This document shows positions 61,360 to 64,000 of a DNA stretch of 64,000 nucleotides, piece by piece; the stretch's first letter is position 1; each line of letters opens with the position of its first letter. The notes below the pieces were generated by a model, which had not been told where the DNA came from, did no database searches, and saw only the letters and a list, made by a program, of their open reading frames with translations. Both the position numbers and the translations under genes were made by a program. Source of the DNA: Octopus bimaculoides (lineage: Eukaryota); contig NC_068987.1 of NCBI RefSeq assembly GCF_001194135.2, positions 24,328,023 to 24,392,022 on the forward strand, in the 5' to 3' direction.

Positions 61360-62626
61360 ATAAATTATTGTCTAGCATGTTCTCCTGGTCCTAGAAGAGA
61401 ACACCTTTAGCTTTGATAATAAAATATATGGAGAGATAAAATGCACTGCTTTGGGGGTGAAGTTTCAAGTCGTGGGCTTCTTAGAAGAAAACCTTTGCGA
61501 GAAAGTAGAGAAAGCTTTTAATCATAATTTCAAGAAATATGTCATTGAAAAGTGGATGCACTTCCTCGATGACTGCTTGATTTTTACGGGGGACAAATCA
61601 GATGATGGTCTAAAAATATTTAATAACATCCTCAATACACTTCACCCTTCTATCAAATTCACAACAGAAACCAGTCATCATGAATTACCATTCCTAGACA
61701 TTCACATAAAAATTCATGACTCCACAATCACAACAGACATTTTACAAAAAATCAGTCACACCCCACTGCTGAACTTCTCTCTTCATCCTTCACAGATTAA
61801 AAGGAACATTCCATAGAGTATGGCAAGAAGTATCTGTACTATAGTAATTGATCCAAAAATATGTCAACTCCAACTTGATGAACTGAAAGGCTTCCTAAAA
61901 AAAACAGTTATCCCTTAAAACTAATAAATGATGGAATTATAAAGTCAACAAAGCTGGACATCACAACTCAGGACACGAAAGAAAAAATTAAAGAACGTAC
62001 TATTCCATTTATTAATACATAATTCTAGAGCAACCAACATTTTTCATGCTATAAAAACAAACCAACCATTACTACTATAAAGTTCCAATATGAAAATTTC
62101 ATATGAAACAGGAAATGTCAACCAAAAGATCTTAAAAGACATCTCACAAGGGCAAAATTTATATCAGAGTGAATCACAGTTCCCTTTAAAGGAATCTTGA
62201 GATAGTGGATGTGGAACATGTAACAACAGTAACTATTTAGACAGTGATTCCCATATAAACTTCAAGAGTGGATTCTCGTTCAATGTAAATAGACATATGA
62301 ACTGCAAGACACAGACTCTCATATATTGCATTACTTACCCAAAATGCAAGACACAGAATCTTATGTATTGCATTACTTACCCAAACTGCAAGGAGAATTA
62401 TATTGATGGAGCCAACAATTCCCTTTGCCAACATGTAAAAATCCACAAACAGCACATTCAACAAGAGAAACTACACAAAATTCCACTGAGTAAGCATCTG
62501 AAAATACATGGAGGAGGAAAATCCAAGATCTTACCCTTCTACAAATATTCAATGGATGATCCAAAGTTCCGAAAGGCAATGGAACTGCATTTTATCAAAA
62601 AATTCTCACCAAAACTAAACGTTTGA
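61360..62626 (+). mobile_element. Penelope-like retroelement (RT plus GIY-YIG endonuclease), decayed
   Basis: FLDDCLI, LNTLHPSIKFTTE, LPFLDI, KRNIP; then LIYCITYPKCK..ENYID..LHFIKKFSPKLNV; contains an in-frame 42-bp duplication at 62303-62390. Confidence 0.88.
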
Positions 62627-63799
62627 AAGAAAAGCAAAGACAATATGCATGGATACTCTGTCAAATGGAACAAATTATGAATACTGTGTAGTTAGCTTAT
62701 ACAAGTACTGTATTTAACTGACCTTCCTGGAAAATATGATTGGAGTGAAATAATGTGAGTACTTGAATACACAAGTTTGGCCATCTTCAAACATATTTTG
62801 TATGAAATCAATCAACATTGGAGCGAATGTATGATTTTCTTATAAATTGGACTTGAGACATTTTCGAACTATTCCATATTTTATAATTGTGACTGTACTT
62901 ACTTAAGAATCACTTCTTCAATCAACTTACTCCTTCATGGCATAGAAAATATATATACATACATACACGTTTGTAATGTGCAACAGGGTGTATATATGTG
63001 TGTACATATGTGTATATGTATGTATATGCCTATGCATACCTGTATGTATGTGTTTGATCATATATATGTGTAAATGTATGTGTATTTATGTATATATATA
63101 TAAATGTATAGACATATTACTTTACGTGTATGTGTGTAATATGTGAGTGAATATGTGTATAAAAATTAACACTTCCTTCTCCAAGCCTAAATTCAAAACC
63201 GAATCTAAGAATTCTCGGTCGTCCAAACCACACCTTTCTTTGGCCTGTCAAAAAGTGATTGATCATCTCCCTTTGACCTATGACCTCAGCCATGTCAGGC
63301 GAAGTTCAAATGGACAGGAGCTGACCTATTTAGGTACAAACTCTGCTGCAATATGTCTGTCCTTCTAGCTGCCACGATTATTATAAATATGGTGGTCAAC
63401 AAAACAGGAAAAGAGAAGGGCCTAGCAGGCAAACGAGGAAGGTCTACAACACAACAGGTTTTGGCAAAAGCAGAGACCAGAGCAATGTTCAAAGTTCCAC
63501 GGTAGACTACTGTCTCAGATGAACTACATATACACACACACAAACAATTATTCATTTCTGACATATCATTTCCACAGATTCCTGTTTCTATTTCTATCAA
63601 CTCATAGCAGTTATCAATATTTTGCATGTAGTGAAGAATTATGTGTACCAACAACATATTAAGTCCAGTGAATAAATTATTTTAACTATGAATCGATTCA
63701 CTCATTTGTTTACTTACACATTCCTTTTGCATCTGTTTACCATGATACACATTTAACCACTACATGTCAAATACTTTCACTTTAAAAATGAAACTATTC

Positions 63800-63960
63800 C
63801 ACTAACTGAAACAATCATATTTCGATACTGTAATGACAGATACTTTCAGAGAGAGAGATATAGATGTATATGTACACGTTATTCCTCTAACTGAAACAAT
63901 CACATTTCGATACTGTAATGACAGATACTTTCAGAGAGAGAGAGAGATGTATATGTATAT
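63800..63960. repeat. Tandem duplication (about 85-90 bp unit)
   Basis: ctaactgaaacaatca(t/c)atttcgatactgtaatgacagatactttcagagagag occurs twice. Confidence 0.9.
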
Positions 63961-64000
63961 ATATAGATGTATATGTACACGTATATGTATAGATATATAT

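Noticed and set aside
62303-62390. In-frame 42-bp duplication in the Penelope GIY-YIG region
   Set aside because: It lies in an element already disabled by stops and frameshifts; no sign of function.
63295-63657. 120-aa ORF and other short ORFs in intergenic DNA (e.g. 41558-41785)
   Set aside because: No recognisable motif; several use non-ATG starts or overlap low-complexity or TE-derived sequence.

Overview
AT-rich animal genomic scaffold with 10 N-gaps. The SINE families and the ZNF cluster suggest a coleoid cephalopod such as Octopus (inference, not verified). The window holds a tandem cluster of eight KRAB-less C2H2 zinc-finger ORFs (Z1-Z8, 7 to about 22 finger units, each array without a visible intron; Z3 is on the minus strand) plus a relic. 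They sit among decayed transposons: pogo, mariner, Merlin, Ty3/Gypsy, RTE LINEs, a Penelope-like element, SINEs and MITEs. No rRNA, tRNA or CRISPR is visible. The most notable structure is a shared non-coding cassette. Five copies of an ETS-motif promoter/exon-1 module each point at a ZNF gene and end in a conserved G(T/C)AAGTAT donor. The matching exon 2 in six genes carries a frame- and stop-conserved micro-ORF (consensus MLSDDIEIKIFH*). Its ATG would be created only by splicing (AT|G), and a second 4-codon uORF is nested inside it. All splicing is predicted from sequence only.
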